Source of the DNA: Octopus sinensis
Lineage: Eukaryota
NCBI RefSeq assembly: GCF_006345805.1
Contig: NC_043005.1
Span: 42,408,001-42,472,000, forward strand
Length of the DNA stretch: 64,000 bases
Direction of reading: 5' to 3'
The notes beneath the pieces were generated by a model. The model was not told the DNA's origin. It saw only the letters and a program-made list of their open reading frames with translations, and searched no databases. Within the stretch, counting starts at the first letter, position 1, and the number at the start of each line of letters is the position of its first letter. Positions 28,566-42,859 of this stretch are shown piece after piece. The position numbers were made by a program, and so were the translations under genes.

Positions 28566-28948
28566 GGAGGCGCAATGGCCCAGTGGTTAGGGCAGCGAAC
28601 TCGCGGTCATAGGATCGTGGTTTCGATTCCCAGACCGGGCGTTGTGAGTGTTTATTGAGCAAAAACACCTAAAAGTTCCACGAGCTCTGGCAGGGGATGG
28701 CGGTGATCCCTGCTGTACTCTTTCACCACAACTTTCTCTCACTCTTACTTCCTGTTTCTGTTGTATCTGTATTTCAAAGGGCCGGCCTTGTCACACTCTG
28801 TGTCACGCTGAATATCCCCGAGAACTACGTTAAGGGTACACGTGTCTGTGGAGTGCTCAGCCACTTACACGTTAATTTCACGAGCAGGCTATTCCGTTGA
28901 TTCGGATCAACCGGAACCCTCGTCGTCGTAACCGACGGAATGCTTCCA
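28566..28948 (+). mobile_element. SINE family 2, full length
   Basis: A box TGGCCCAGTGG, B box GTTTCGATTCC, tail ...GTCGTAACCGACGGAATGCTTCCA. Near-identical to 46548-46929. Confidence 0.92.
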
Positions 28949-29232
28949 TCCACTACTAAACTCTATATTATAGGCAGACAGGGATGTGTAGCATTTCCAT
29001 AAGCAAAGATTTGCTGATCATTGCGTTGTTACCCTAAAGAGAAGTTTACGAATTGCAGCAATCTCACTCACACATTTTTCTAATGAAATATTTGTAGATA
29101 CGAGAAAAGAAAACGTCTAGCGTATAAGGATGTAGGCCAAGACAAATTTTTGAACATAGCAGCACAAGTACTACCCTTGCATTAACGAGTATGAAAGGCA
29201 AAACTTCATGTGATTGAGAGGAATCTATTTGT

Positions 29233-29606
29233 TACTCATTACTCTTTACTCTTTTTCATGTTTCAGTCATTTGACTGTGGCCATGCTGGAGCACCGCCTT
29301 TAGTCGAGCAAATCGATCCCAGGACTTATTCTTTGTAAGCCTAGTACTTATTCTATCGATCACTTTTGCCGAGCCGCTAAGATACTGGGACGTAAACACA
29401 CCATCATCGGTTGTCAAGCGATGTTGGAGGAACAAACACAGACACAGAAACGCATACATATATATATATATATATATACATATATAGGAAGGGCTTCTTT
29501 CAGTTTCCGTCTACCAAATCCACTCACAAGGCTTTGGTCGGCCCGAGACTAAAGTAGAAGAAGGTGGCACGCAGTGGGACTGAACCCACACAGCTACACC
29601 TACGCC
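29233..29606 (-). mobile_element. SINE family 3 with central microsatellite and deletions in the head
   Basis: Matches the reverse complement of 15207-15540. Confidence 0.88.
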
Positions 29607-29723
29607 AATCCTTACAAAATCTCCGTCTACTCTTTCCACTCTCTCCCCCAATTCTTACTCTCTCTTCTCTCCTCCACTTCCTCCTCCCCCCTCTCTCTCC
29701 GTATGTATGTGCGCTGCAGGATC

Positions 29724-30281
29724 TGGCACTCCGTCGGTTACAACGACAAGGGCGCCAGTTGAACCTATTTCTTTATTACCCACGAGGGGCTAAACACAGA
29801 GGGGACAAACAAGGACAGACATAGGTATTAAGTCGATTACATCGACCCCAGTGCGTGACTGGTACTTAATTTATCGACCCCGAAAGGATGAAAGGCAAAG
29901 TCGACCTCGGCGGAATTTGAACTCACAACGTAACGCAGACGAAATACCGCTAAGCATTTCGCCCGGCGCGCTAACGTTTCTGCCAGCTCGCCGCCAAGTT
30001 GAACCGATCAAAGAAACAGCCTGCTCGTGAAATTAACGTGCAAGTGGCTGAGCACTCTACAGACATACGTACCCTTATCGTTGTTTTAAGGGAGATTCAG
30101 CGTAACACTGAATGGGCCAAGGCTGGCCCTTTGAAATACTGGTACAAATCATTTTTGCCAACTGAGTGGACTGGAGCAACATGAAATAAAGGACTCAACG
30201 CGCTCAAGAGCACAATGTGCCGCCGGAATTGAACTCATGATCATGAGCCGAATACCCTTAACCACTAAGCCACGCGCCTTC
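29724..30281 (-). mobile_element. CORE-like tRNA SINE sharing the family 2 tail, interrupted by a family 1 SINE at 29766-29995
   Basis: TSD AGTTGAACC at 29757-29765 and 29997-30005. The central segment resembles the CORE domain. Confidence 0.8.
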
Positions 30282-30283
30282 AA

Positions 30284-30304
30284 ATACATACATACATACA
30301 TACA

Positions 30305-30338
<34 letters not shown>

Positions 30339-30590
30339 CATACATACATACATGCATGCATGCATACATACATGCATACATACATACATACATGCATGCA
30401 TACATACATGCATACATGCATGCATGCATGCATACATGCATGCATACATACATACATACATACATACATACATACATGCATACATGCATACATGCATACA
30501 TGCATACATACATACATACATACATGCATGCATGCATGCATACATACATACATACATACATACATACATACATACATACATACATACATG
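30284..30590. repeat. (CATA)n/(CATG)n mosaic microsatellite
   Basis: Directly visible. Confidence 0.95.
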
Positions 30591-30689
30591 CGTACTTAGT
30601 ACAATTATATAAATCTTGCCAATCCCATGTTACAATGTTACAATTAGTTCCAAAGACACTCACTGTGTCTGAATACCTAATATTGGACA

Positions 30690-31000
30690 TCTCTTAATAC
30701 TCACTCCCAGTTTTTCTTAATAAGCAGAATTATTTGGAGCAAGAAGTGAATCCCACTTACGTAAGTTATTCTCGGAGTATAAATTCTGTCGATGAGGTCA
30801 GAAAAGTACTTGAGAGGTATTTTTCGTCCCGAAAAAGTAAATTTTGGAAGATGGGGTTTGCAAGTCTACCAGAGACATGGAAGAGCATTGTAGAAAATGA
30901 ACGAGAGTATATATTAGATTAAAGAAGAACTTTGTTTATTTTAATTTTGAAAAATGAATGAAGTATGAAAGAAAAAAACATTTTTGTATGACAATATATA
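30690..31000 (+). mobile_element. mariner 3' fragment
   Basis: NSVDEVRKVLERYFSSRKSKFWKMGFASLPETWKSIVENEREYILD*, similar to the C-terminus of the 61851-63071 element. Confidence 0.8.
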
Positions 31001-33591
31001 TTTAGCAATTATTAGCAGTATCGATAATGCCACAGAAAGTGACCTCATTTAATTCATGACCATTTAATGCGTATGACATAAAATCTTGTACAGATACTTG
31101 AAATTACTCAAAGCGAAATCACAATTACAAATCATGAGTATTACATTAATCTGGAACAATCCCCAATAATTTGTTTTATATAATCAGAAGATTCATCAAA
31201 TTTTTTTAACTTTCCTTTCTCGAATATCCATATCGAGTTATTTCCATAAGTTTTCTATCAGCTTTAACGGTGAGATTTCTTTTGCTTTCCGTAGCACTTA
31301 GATTTACCTGCTTTGGATAATCTTCTACTATTAATCATAGGTATGTTTCAAATGATTGTCGTACTTACAAATCTCCAACCAGTTCAAAGAACTCTTCGTA
31401 TACAGAAGAATTATTCCTGCCAAGATCTTCAGATAAGCTCTATATTTAATAATGCATGAGACCAACTCCCTTTTCCAGACATAAAGGTCCAAACCATGAA
31501 ATTATGACTATCAGATTAGTTCTGGAGAAACTAATTCAATTTCGGCTCATTCCACCACAATGTTTCTTTTCACTAATGCGACGACTACTGATATTATTTT
31601 TGCAAGTGAACTTAATACAAAAAGTTGTTAGATAGAGAACTGTACAATTATTAAACACAAAAAAAAACACCCCCAAACTGACTTTGCTAATTTTTGATAT
31701 CGATATCAACTTGTATGTGCTATGAGCGACTATCACTATTTTGTTTTTCGTCAACAAATGTTGAATATACCGATCCGTCATTCTGTGGCTCTGAGCTTGA
31801 ATGTAAGTGAGCAGAAATGGTAACAGTTTTAATGAAGATATCTCCAGGGAGGAAAGTAGAGATTACTGTGCAACCAACACCAGCTGCAATGGCTCAGCTC
31901 ATCCATTTATAAAGAGTGTCAGATCTTGCTCGCTACTTCAAACGTGAAAATTTTCATTAACCCATCAAGACACATCCTAGAACTATAACCAAATAATTAA
32001 TTGCAGTTGGTCTTATGTAAAATATTACGCTAAATATGAATGTTTTGTTTTTACTAATATAAACCCAAATTGACGTTAATTTTTATTGCAATATTAATGA
32101 TATCAATAATTGCATAATGCATATCGAAATTTTTGAGTACAAACTTACATAAGGTGAAAAAGAGAAAAATCTTTCTCTTCATCTTCATATATCTGGTATG
32201 AAACGCGATTAAATAAAAGGAAATGTTATGAGTATACACTTGTTTCAAATTATGTACATGTGTGTGTACAAATACACACACACACACAAACACACACACA
32301 CAAACATACACACACACACACATGTATATGTGTACGTATGTAGTATGTATAATTATATATATTTGTATACATACATAGCAAACGTATACACACATATATA
32401 TGCATATACATATATAAAGTAGCCACACACCTCACACACACACGCACACACACTTACACACACTTACACACACACACACACACACACACACACTTACACA
32501 CACTCACACACACTCAGACCCACACATACACACGGTACTACAATTGCAAGTCGTAGTTCGAACAAAGAGTGCAAAACTGGTTGTAGTAGAATAAATATTA
32601 CACATTGTTGAAGTTGGTGTTTTGTTGTTGCGTCTTGGGCTGCTCTTTATTTAATATGAAAGTTTAGGTTGTTCTCTGATCAACTTCTTGTTCTATGCTC
32701 ACTGAAGTTTCTTTGGCTATACTGGAGCTTTCTCTCTCTCTCTTTCTCTCTCTTTCTATCTCCCTCTCTCTCTCAATCGCTCTCTTTTTCCTTCTCTTTT
32801 TCTGTCTTTACATACACCTACTCGTTTCTATATCTCTACGCATATACGTATGTATACGGGTGTGCGTGCTGTACATATATGTGTGTATGTGTATGTGTTT
32901 GAAATGAGATTTTACAACTCGTTTTCTCGAAATCACAATAACTTTGCAAACCTTTGTTAAAGAATAAAGATTGACAGAGTCTTATCTTCTAATGTTCTTA
33001 GTCTTTTGAATTGCTGTGTTGGCTGGATAACTTGTACTCATATGTCTTACAGAATTCTCAGCTCTTGGCCAAATCCAGGTACTTTTCAATGTATTCTCTT
33101 TCTACAGCTATTATAAAGCAGGATAATAAAATCAATGAATTCACATACTTTTCGTTTATTGTGACCATGTCTGACCTCTGTGTATCTATTACATTATCGG
33201 TTTGCACAGTCATTTTTGAGAACTCGAGCAAGCCATAGCACTATTAGTTAAAATCTTAATCTCCTACTAACCTCAAAATGTATGTTCCTTCTATCTTCTT
33301 ATATTTTCTTTTAACACTATATTGCTCCTTTAAAACATTATATAGACGAAAATATCACCACATCTTCCTGGTTGTTGTTGATTTTTGTTTATAACAAGGT
33401 TGGTCCCTTCGATTGTTTGTGCACAGCCACGATGAGGGTTTATATATATTTTTCTTTTCTCTTTAATCTTTCATCTAATAGCCAAGTTCATTATTCCTTT
33501 CCGGTTATATCTTCTAATTTCTGGAAACCGTGCCAATGTATTACTTCTTCATTCCAATTTTCCATCCTCTACTCTTTCCTTTTCCTGCTTC

Positions 33592-33649
<58 letters not shown>

Positions 33650-34256
33650 ATATATATATATATCATCATTGATCTTGTGGTTACACGTATAAGTTTCTTT
33701 TCACTTTTCTTCACACACCTTTAGTTCTATGATTGCTAAGTGTACTGTGTCTATTATTTAGAGTAGTCCTTTGATTCTTTCTTGGTTAATACCAGCTACT
33801 TACAATGTTGCATGGATATAACTCACATTTTTCGTTTTCTGAAGGAAAGCAGTATACTCTACTGTCCATCTCTATATTGATATTCCTTACATTTACTACG
33901 TTTTCTCAGATCTTCCATGCTAAATTCTTACATTTCGTCTCCAGCTTTTACTTTATTTCCTTTTCGGATATATGTCAACTTAACGCAGTACACCCAGATA
34001 CCGTTCGTTCTTCTTCAAAGTTACATAACACTGTATTAACCGGAGAAAATTTCCTTCAAACAGTATCGCTTTTTTCTAAAACAAGTCTTTGAAATGAGTT
34101 GATATTGCCTTATATTCAAATACGTTTGCTGAGAATATCCCCAAAATTTACTCTCTGTGTACTGTTCTATATTTAAGAGATGAGGAATTATGTACATTTT
34201 TTACATTTTTTACATTATTTACATTTGATGGATAGTTGTCCTCATCTTTGTTGATA

Positions 34257-34300
34257 ACACAACGTTTCGGCTGGTATACCCTCCAGTCTTCATCAGGTGT
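34257..34300 (-). ncRNA. Minimal type I hammerhead ribozyme, core intact
   Basis: ACAC-CUGAUGA-A-GACUGG(AGGGUAUA)CCAGCC-GAAA-CG-UU/GUGU. Palindromic stem III ACGU, one A-C mismatch in stem II. Confidence 0.8.
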
Positions 34301-34446
34301 CTTGGGGAAATTTCGAACCTGGGTTCTCATTCCTAAAGTATTTTTCGATGTTGTTGTTGTTGTTGTTGTTTTTATTATTATTATTGTTATTATTATTGTT
34401 ATTATTATTATTATCATCACCATCATCATCATCATCATCATCATCA

Positions 34447-34510
<64 letters not shown>

Positions 34511-35049
34511 TGAGTGAGAGAGCAGTGCATGCCATCAAAGTGACACTGGGGTAAAATATACGAAGCCCAGTATACCCATCATGACTAGCCGTCTGATAAA
34601 GGTACACCAGGCACATGCATCATAACCAAATGTGTGTGACATGGTGATCTCATATCAAGATAAACAGCGTGTGACCTTGCAGGTGGGGCCCAATTAGAAT
34701 TTTCTTCTGGTCGAATAGCCCATCCCACTCAAAAGGTCCCTGAATAAGGATTGTTTAAGGATATTTCCAAAGGTGAATTATCCAGACCTCCAAGAATTCC
34801 TTTCCACACACGGCTATGATGCTCCTCCACTACTTCTGCTCGTGGTCAAAGATGCACATATCGTCAGCCACTAAGGGACATGCTCAACTGGTTATGGTCA
34901 AACAATTGACAAGCAAATCTGTGGTATTGAGCAGAATATTTGCTGTAGCCCATCTTTTATACCAAGACAAAGCAATGTACATGATAACACTTCCAATCAG
35001 TTAAGATCAGGGGACATGAGAGCCACTGTCTGGTATTGCATCAGGGCAT
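34511..35049 (-). mobile_element. Non-coding interspersed element of about 540 bp inserted in (AAT)n
   Basis: Complex sequence bounded on both sides by (AAT)n/(AAC)n, no ORF. Family not identified. Confidence 0.6.
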
Positions 35050-35200
35050 TTATTATTATTGTTGTTGTTGTTGTTGTTGTTGTTTGTTGTTGTTGTTGTG
35101 GTTGTTGCTGTTGCTGTTGTTGTTGCTGTTGTTGTTGCTGTTGTTGTTGTTGCTGTTGCTGTTGCGGGTTTGTACCCCGCGTTCTTAAACATTATGCCAT

Positions 35201-35440
35201 ATGCCCATAGTGGTTAAGAGCGCGAACTACTAACCCCAAGATTCCCAGTTCTTTCAGGCAGGGACGTGAATAATAATAACAACAGCAACATCGAAAAATA
35301 CTTTAGAGGTGAGAACCCAGGTTCAAAATTTCCCCAAGACACCTGATGAAGGCTGGAGGGTATATCAGCCGAGATGTTGTGTTAACAACAAACAAGATGA
35401 GGACAAATATCTGTTAAATGTAAATAATGTAAATAATTAC
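35201..35440 (+). mobile_element. tRNA-headed hammerhead element (right copy)
   Basis: Head ATGCCCATAGTGGTTAAGAGCGCG..., short (AAT/AAC)n, hammerhead at 35339-35382 with GAAA mutated to GAGA. Confidence 0.8.
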
Positions 35441-35574
35441 TTTCTATGTATTTAAAATAATTATGCAGAGCTCAAAATGTTTAGCGCTAATTTGTAATAC
35501 ATTTTTGTATGGCTGTATCATTCGGGCATCAAATAAATGCAGATTAATCATCATCATCATCACCATCATCATTA

Positions 35575-35632
<58 letters not shown>

Positions 35633-35881
35633 GTCACGAACTTTCACTGCACTACCGACTCCAGCTTTATGTGCCTTGCGTAGGTGTTGAGATTTATTGT
35701 AGTGCTCTTATTTTCACTGTATTGAAAGTGCTTTACGTAGGATGTGCGCGGTGCCTAGTAGGACTATTTTCCGTATGTTATATACATTTATAAGTCCTGG
35801 CATTTTGTCGGAAGGTTTTTTTTATCATATCAAATGCACCTACTACTGTAGGACTTGTTTCCGTTTTTAGGCTCCACATTT

Positions 35882-35913
35882 GTGTTATTATTATTATTAT
35901 TATTATTATTATA

Positions 35914-35955
<42 letters not shown>
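35882..35955. repeat. (TTA)n microsatellite at the 3' end of the R4/Dong-like LINE
   Basis: Directly visible. Confidence 0.95.
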
Positions 35956-35957
<2 letters not shown>

Positions 35958-35959
35958 AC

Positions 35960-37922
<1,963 letters not shown>

Positions 37923-39348
37923 TCATCATCATCATCGTCATCATCGAATTATGAAGAACTTGTTTTTGACCGTTTCTTTAACGCAGAACACAAAGATTTC
38001 GTCCTCGAAGTTAAGTTTCGAGCTCGAACGCACGAAGAGTGGAAAACTGTTCGACGGTCAAGATGGCAATGGTGCAACATGGCAAGAAGATCGCAATTCA
38101 GTCGTTAAAAGAAAGGTTGGGTGCGTGTTATTCAATTCCACGCTGAGGTGTCCGGCTTTTCAGTGGCACTTTGTTGACATGTTTGTGGTGAATGGTGGGG
38201 AAGAGGCTGCAATGGACACTAATTCTACTAGTGGCTCTCGTGGTAGAATGTGTAGCACTGCAAAAAGCCGATGGTACCAGCTGACATATTGGTTGTGGTG
38301 GTAGAGGTTTCGGTTAATAAATTACCCCTCGAGCTTTATTTATATATGTCAAACTATATCGCAATTGTCTTATCTCCTTTTTTTCCATCTAATTTCTTTG
38401 TAACACCACTTAATTCTTTTATCACGTGTCAGCGTAGTGTTCCTTTTATGTCACCGCGCGGGCAATGAAATGAAAGTATTGGATTACCAGAATGGTTAGG
38501 ATGTCGACCAGAATGTTTTGCGGTATTCGTGCTTGCTATTTACGTTTTGAGTTTAAAACCAGTCGAAGTCAGCACTTTTATTCATCTTTCAGGGATTGAT
38601 AAATTGAAGTACACAGTCAAAGTACGGAGATCAATTTATCGACTTACCTTTTTTTTTATTGGTGATCTTGGACCTATTTTAAAAGAAATGGAATGGAATG
38701 GCTGAATCATGCAAAAGTCGGACAAAATGCCCAGCCTTATTTTCTTCCGTCCATTTCGTTATAAGTTCACATCTACTTAAATCAACTGTATCATCTCAGG
38801 TTTCGTCAAATAAAGAACCTGTGAAGTATAGCGATCGATATAATCGACTGTTTCTCCTCCAAACAAATTTTTTGGTTTAGTCCTCTGATCAGCAAAGATT
38901 ATCAGAAATATAAATAAATACGTATATACCTTTGGCCTTGCAATAAATTCTACATGTTGCTGAGAATGTGAAAATATAGGTAAATTTATTTATTTATTTA
39001 TTTATTTATTTTAAATTTAAGGCCTAACTGGCATAATGTTTATATTTGCATATCAGAAAATATGTTCAATTTCAGTATATCGGGCTTGGAAGTTCATATG
39101 CAACCCCAGTTTGTAGCGATTTAATTATGAGTAATATATCGTGAATCAATTTAATTGACTAAACATAAATAACCTTGTATCTACACAAAAATGAATATTT
39201 ATCAATATTTATTGCTGATATGTTTATTTTTGATTGATTGCCTGTATCCGGGCGAGTGTGTGTGTATTTGTGTTTGTGTGTGTGTGTGTTTGTGCGTGCG
39301 TGTGTGTGTGTATGTGCGTGTGTGTGTGTGTATGTGTGTGTGTGTGTA

Positions 39349-39391
<43 letters not shown>

Positions 39392-39569
39392 ATGTGTATA
39401 TGAATTTATATCTTTCTGTGTATCTGTGTTTGTAAGTTTCTGTTCGTATGGTTATCTGTCAAAAACTTATGTGTGCGTATATATGATTTTATATTCACTA
39501 CATCGCTGATCTGTTTTATGTGTCTGTTAATTGTGAGCAAAATATGAGAGCATGAGCTTATATATATAT

Positions 39570-39598
39570 ATATACACCCACGCGTATGTGAATATCTA

Positions 39599-39661
<63 letters not shown>

Positions 39662-39706
39662 TATATATATATTTGTATGTATGATATATATATATATGTA
39701 TATGTA

Positions 39707-39751
<45 letters not shown>

Positions 39752-40095
39752 ATATATGTATATATATTTATGTATGTATATATGTATATATATATTTTTA
39801 TGCATGTATATGTATATGTTTATGTATATGTATATATGTATATATATAATATATATTATATATATTTGTATGTATGTATATGTATATATATATACACATA
39901 TATATATATGTATGCGTATGTATATATATATATGCATGTATTTATATGTATATATATGTATGTATATGTATGTATATGTATGTATGTATATATATATGTA
40001 TATGTATATATATATGTATGTATATGTGTATACATATATATATATATATGTATGTGCATATATATACACACATATATATACATATGTTTATAAAC
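39570..40095. repeat. Long degenerate (TA)/(TATG) microsatellite
   Basis: Directly visible. Confidence 0.95.
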
Positions 40096-40439
40096 ATATA
40101 TTTATGGTTTTGTGATGAGGTGAAGGTGTATGTGTTTTACTTTACGTGTATATGAGTGTAAGCACATGCACGAGAATATGCAGGCGTTCATACGTATAGC
40201 CATTTGTACCATTGATCGGTGATTACATTCTCTAATGCAGATAGTCGAAATATTAATAACGTGAAAATAACTGATATAAATATACTCCTCTTTAAAGCTA
40301 TGTGTGAAGAGAGTTAATACACTTTGCATGCTTCATATATTTCTGGTTGTATAATAAAAGACCTCTGTAAGTTTTCGAGTGCAGTTCGTAATCAGGTCAC
40401 TAATATAGAATGTTTGAACAGTTTTCAGCAACATTATTA

Positions 40440-40550
40440 ATAAGAGAACACTCCTCTGAGAGGATTGTCACTGAATGGAATAACTTGCTAAAACCAGTTG
40501 TTAATGCCAGTTTTATAAACAAATGGATAAGAGATTGGCGAAGTTAAATT
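40440..40550 (+). mobile_element. CR1-like LINE 3' end fragment
   Basis: SERIVTEWNNLLKPVVNA resembles the CR1 C-terminal RVV..WN.LP..VV.A motif. Confidence 0.5.
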
Positions 40551-40862
40551 CTATAAATCTCATTTGTTTTATTTCTTTTTGTGTTGCTGTAGTCTGTACT
40601 CTGTTATGGTGTCTGGTCTTTCTCTTCAATTTAAGCATATATCATAATTTCGAACTATACAAAAGCATTATCAAGTAGCAAAACTGTTAATGGATTGTTC
40701 TTCCTAAGACTAATTTTATCGGTATCTAGCTGAGAATTCATTTTGCATTGCATTAGACCAAAGGAGGTGTCCCTTAATTAGCGATAAGGGTAAAAATCTT
40801 AAAATCTAACGACTGAATAACTGGGAATTAGCTCTTGTGAAAAAGTCTGTAACGTGAGAACC

Positions 40863-41169
40863 CGTGACTGGGTGGTTAAGTTATTCGGCTCAGGATCGTA
40901 AGGTCGAGATTTCAACGATCGTAAGGTTGCTGTGCTCTTGAGCAAGACACTTTATTTCACATTGCTCCAGTACACGCAACTAGCAAAATGAATAATACCT
41001 GTATTTCAAAGGGCCTGCCTTGTCACACTGAATCTCCATGAGAGCTACGTTAAAGGTATGGTATACGTTTCAGTGGAGTGCTCAGCCAATTGTACATTGA
41101 TTTCACGAGCAGGCAGTTCCGTTGATAGGATCAACTGGAACCCTCGTCGTCGAAACCGAAGGAGTGCCA
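40863..41169 (+). mobile_element. CORE-like tRNA SINE sharing the family 2 tail
   Basis: TGTGCTCTTGAGCAAGACACTTTATTTCACATTGCTCCAG and tail GGAACCCTCGTCGTCGAAACCGAAGGAGTGCCA. Confidence 0.8.
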
Positions 41170-41459
41170 AAGCCTGTAACAGAACTCTGAAATAATGTTT
41201 CTTGTTTTAATGTACACTAAAACTAAGGAAGGGAAAACTGGAGGGATTGTTAAAAGAAAATGGGTAATGAAAAATATAAAAGTTGAAAAGTACTAAAAAG
41301 TCATTATGAAATGTAATGAGATTAAAACTGATTACATGTAATCATTAGAAGATTGGTTAAGACAAAAATAGAGTTTGTGATTGTTTCTGATAAAGAATTA
41401 AATATTAATCTAATCCTGCGCATGGAAACGAGCATGGAAAGATATGACGCTAAAAATAT

Positions 41460-41829
41460 CGGGTGCAAATTTTGGCACAAGGTCAGCAATTTCGGGGAAG
41501 AGGTGAGTGGATTACATCAACTTCAATGCTCAACTGTTACTTATCTTATCGATCTCGAAAGTATGAAAAGTAATGTTGACCCTGGTGGAATGTGAAATAA
41601 AGCGCTAAAAATATTGGTTTCACATTTTGGCACAAGGCCAGCAATTTCAAAGGAGGGATCAAGTCGATTACATTACCCCCAGTACCCAACTGGTATTTAT
41701 TTTATTGACACCAAAAGAATGAGAAACAAAGTTAACCCCGGCGGAATTTTGAGCTCAGAACGTAAGGACAGCCAAATGCTGCTAAGCATTTTGCCTGGCA
41801 TGCTAACGATTCTGCCAGCTCACTGCCTA
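41460..41829 (-). mobile_element. Two degenerate SINE family 1 copies in tandem
   Basis: Tail and core at 41460-41600; fuller copy at 41612-41829. Confidence 0.7.
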
Positions 41830-42859
41830 AAAGTGTTAAAAATATTTTAAAAAGTGTATTGTTATAAACTATAGTGAGATAGAAATTTCTCATGTGGGCT
41901 AAGACTGAAGAGAAGAAACAGTGAGAATGCATGATTATTCCCTTAAAATTGTCTAGTTTTACATATCCACTCAGGTGGTCGTATCATTTTCCAGTCTACC
42001 AAGAAGTACTTTTTGAAGTGGTGATATTTAGTGGAAACATCATTACTGCTCTTGATATCTCTTCTTCAATATGCAATTTTTTACTTCCTATATCTGGAGA
42101 ATTTACATATCTAGAGACTTTCTAATTATTATTAGTATTCTAATTAGTATTCTTTCACACTCTAGACATGGCTGGTTTTGTTTTGCATTCCGATCTCCTA
42201 CATTTCTTTCATCAGTTAATTCAGTTACCTTATATGTTATTAAATTTCTACATTGTGAATACAGTTGTAACTCAGTTTAAGGTTGTTTATGTTGCATGTT
42301 CTCTCTCTCTTCTTTTTTTTTTGTATAACTATTTGAATGAAAAGTGTTAGTGGATTAAAGATGGGAACTTTTGGTCTGTAGTATTGCACAGCATTATATT
42401 CAAAACTTAGAAAAAGTGTGAATCAAATAATGTTACATCGTCTCTTACAACTAGTTGATAACGTAGGTTAGGAATATATGTGACCTTATCTTTTAATCCA
42501 CTAACTCTTGCCATTTATTGTACTTGGGAGACCGCATTTATGCGCCGCCATTCTTTATTCTGCTTCGAAATACAAAAAAAAAGACCTGATGTAAACTTTC
42601 TGGACAACTTCGCTCGCTTTCTTCATTGCCCATGACGTCGTTGCAATATGTATCCCACTTGTATTTAACCATATCACATATCCTATTCTTCTCTGACACA
42701 TATATTTCTCAGATCCAATCTCAAATGCCAAAGATATATTCTCTTTTCTAAATTCGCTCCAAAAGGTGATGTCTGCCAGAACCTCAGGGTCAAAGATTTC
42801 CTCCCCTCACTCCTCCAAAAATCTCTGGGCCATCAATCATTCTCTTGACTCCTTGAACA

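Larger units (their letters stand above)
34164..35199 (-). mobile_element. tRNA-headed hammerhead element (left copy), with a 540-bp insertion in its internal microsatellite
   Basis: Head remnant 35164-35199, (AAC)n/(AAT)n tract, body 34164-34350 containing the hammerhead. Confidence 0.75.

Noticed and set aside
33000-34150. AT-rich stretches (also 41900-42700) with faint LINE-like peptides
   Set aside because: Too degenerate to support a call without an alignment.
39552-40155. Long ORFs (up to 187 aa) rich in YI, CV, HT or poly-residue runs, here and throughout the track
   Set aside because: They are stop-free translations of (TA)n, (TG)n, (CATA)n or trinucleotide microsatellites.
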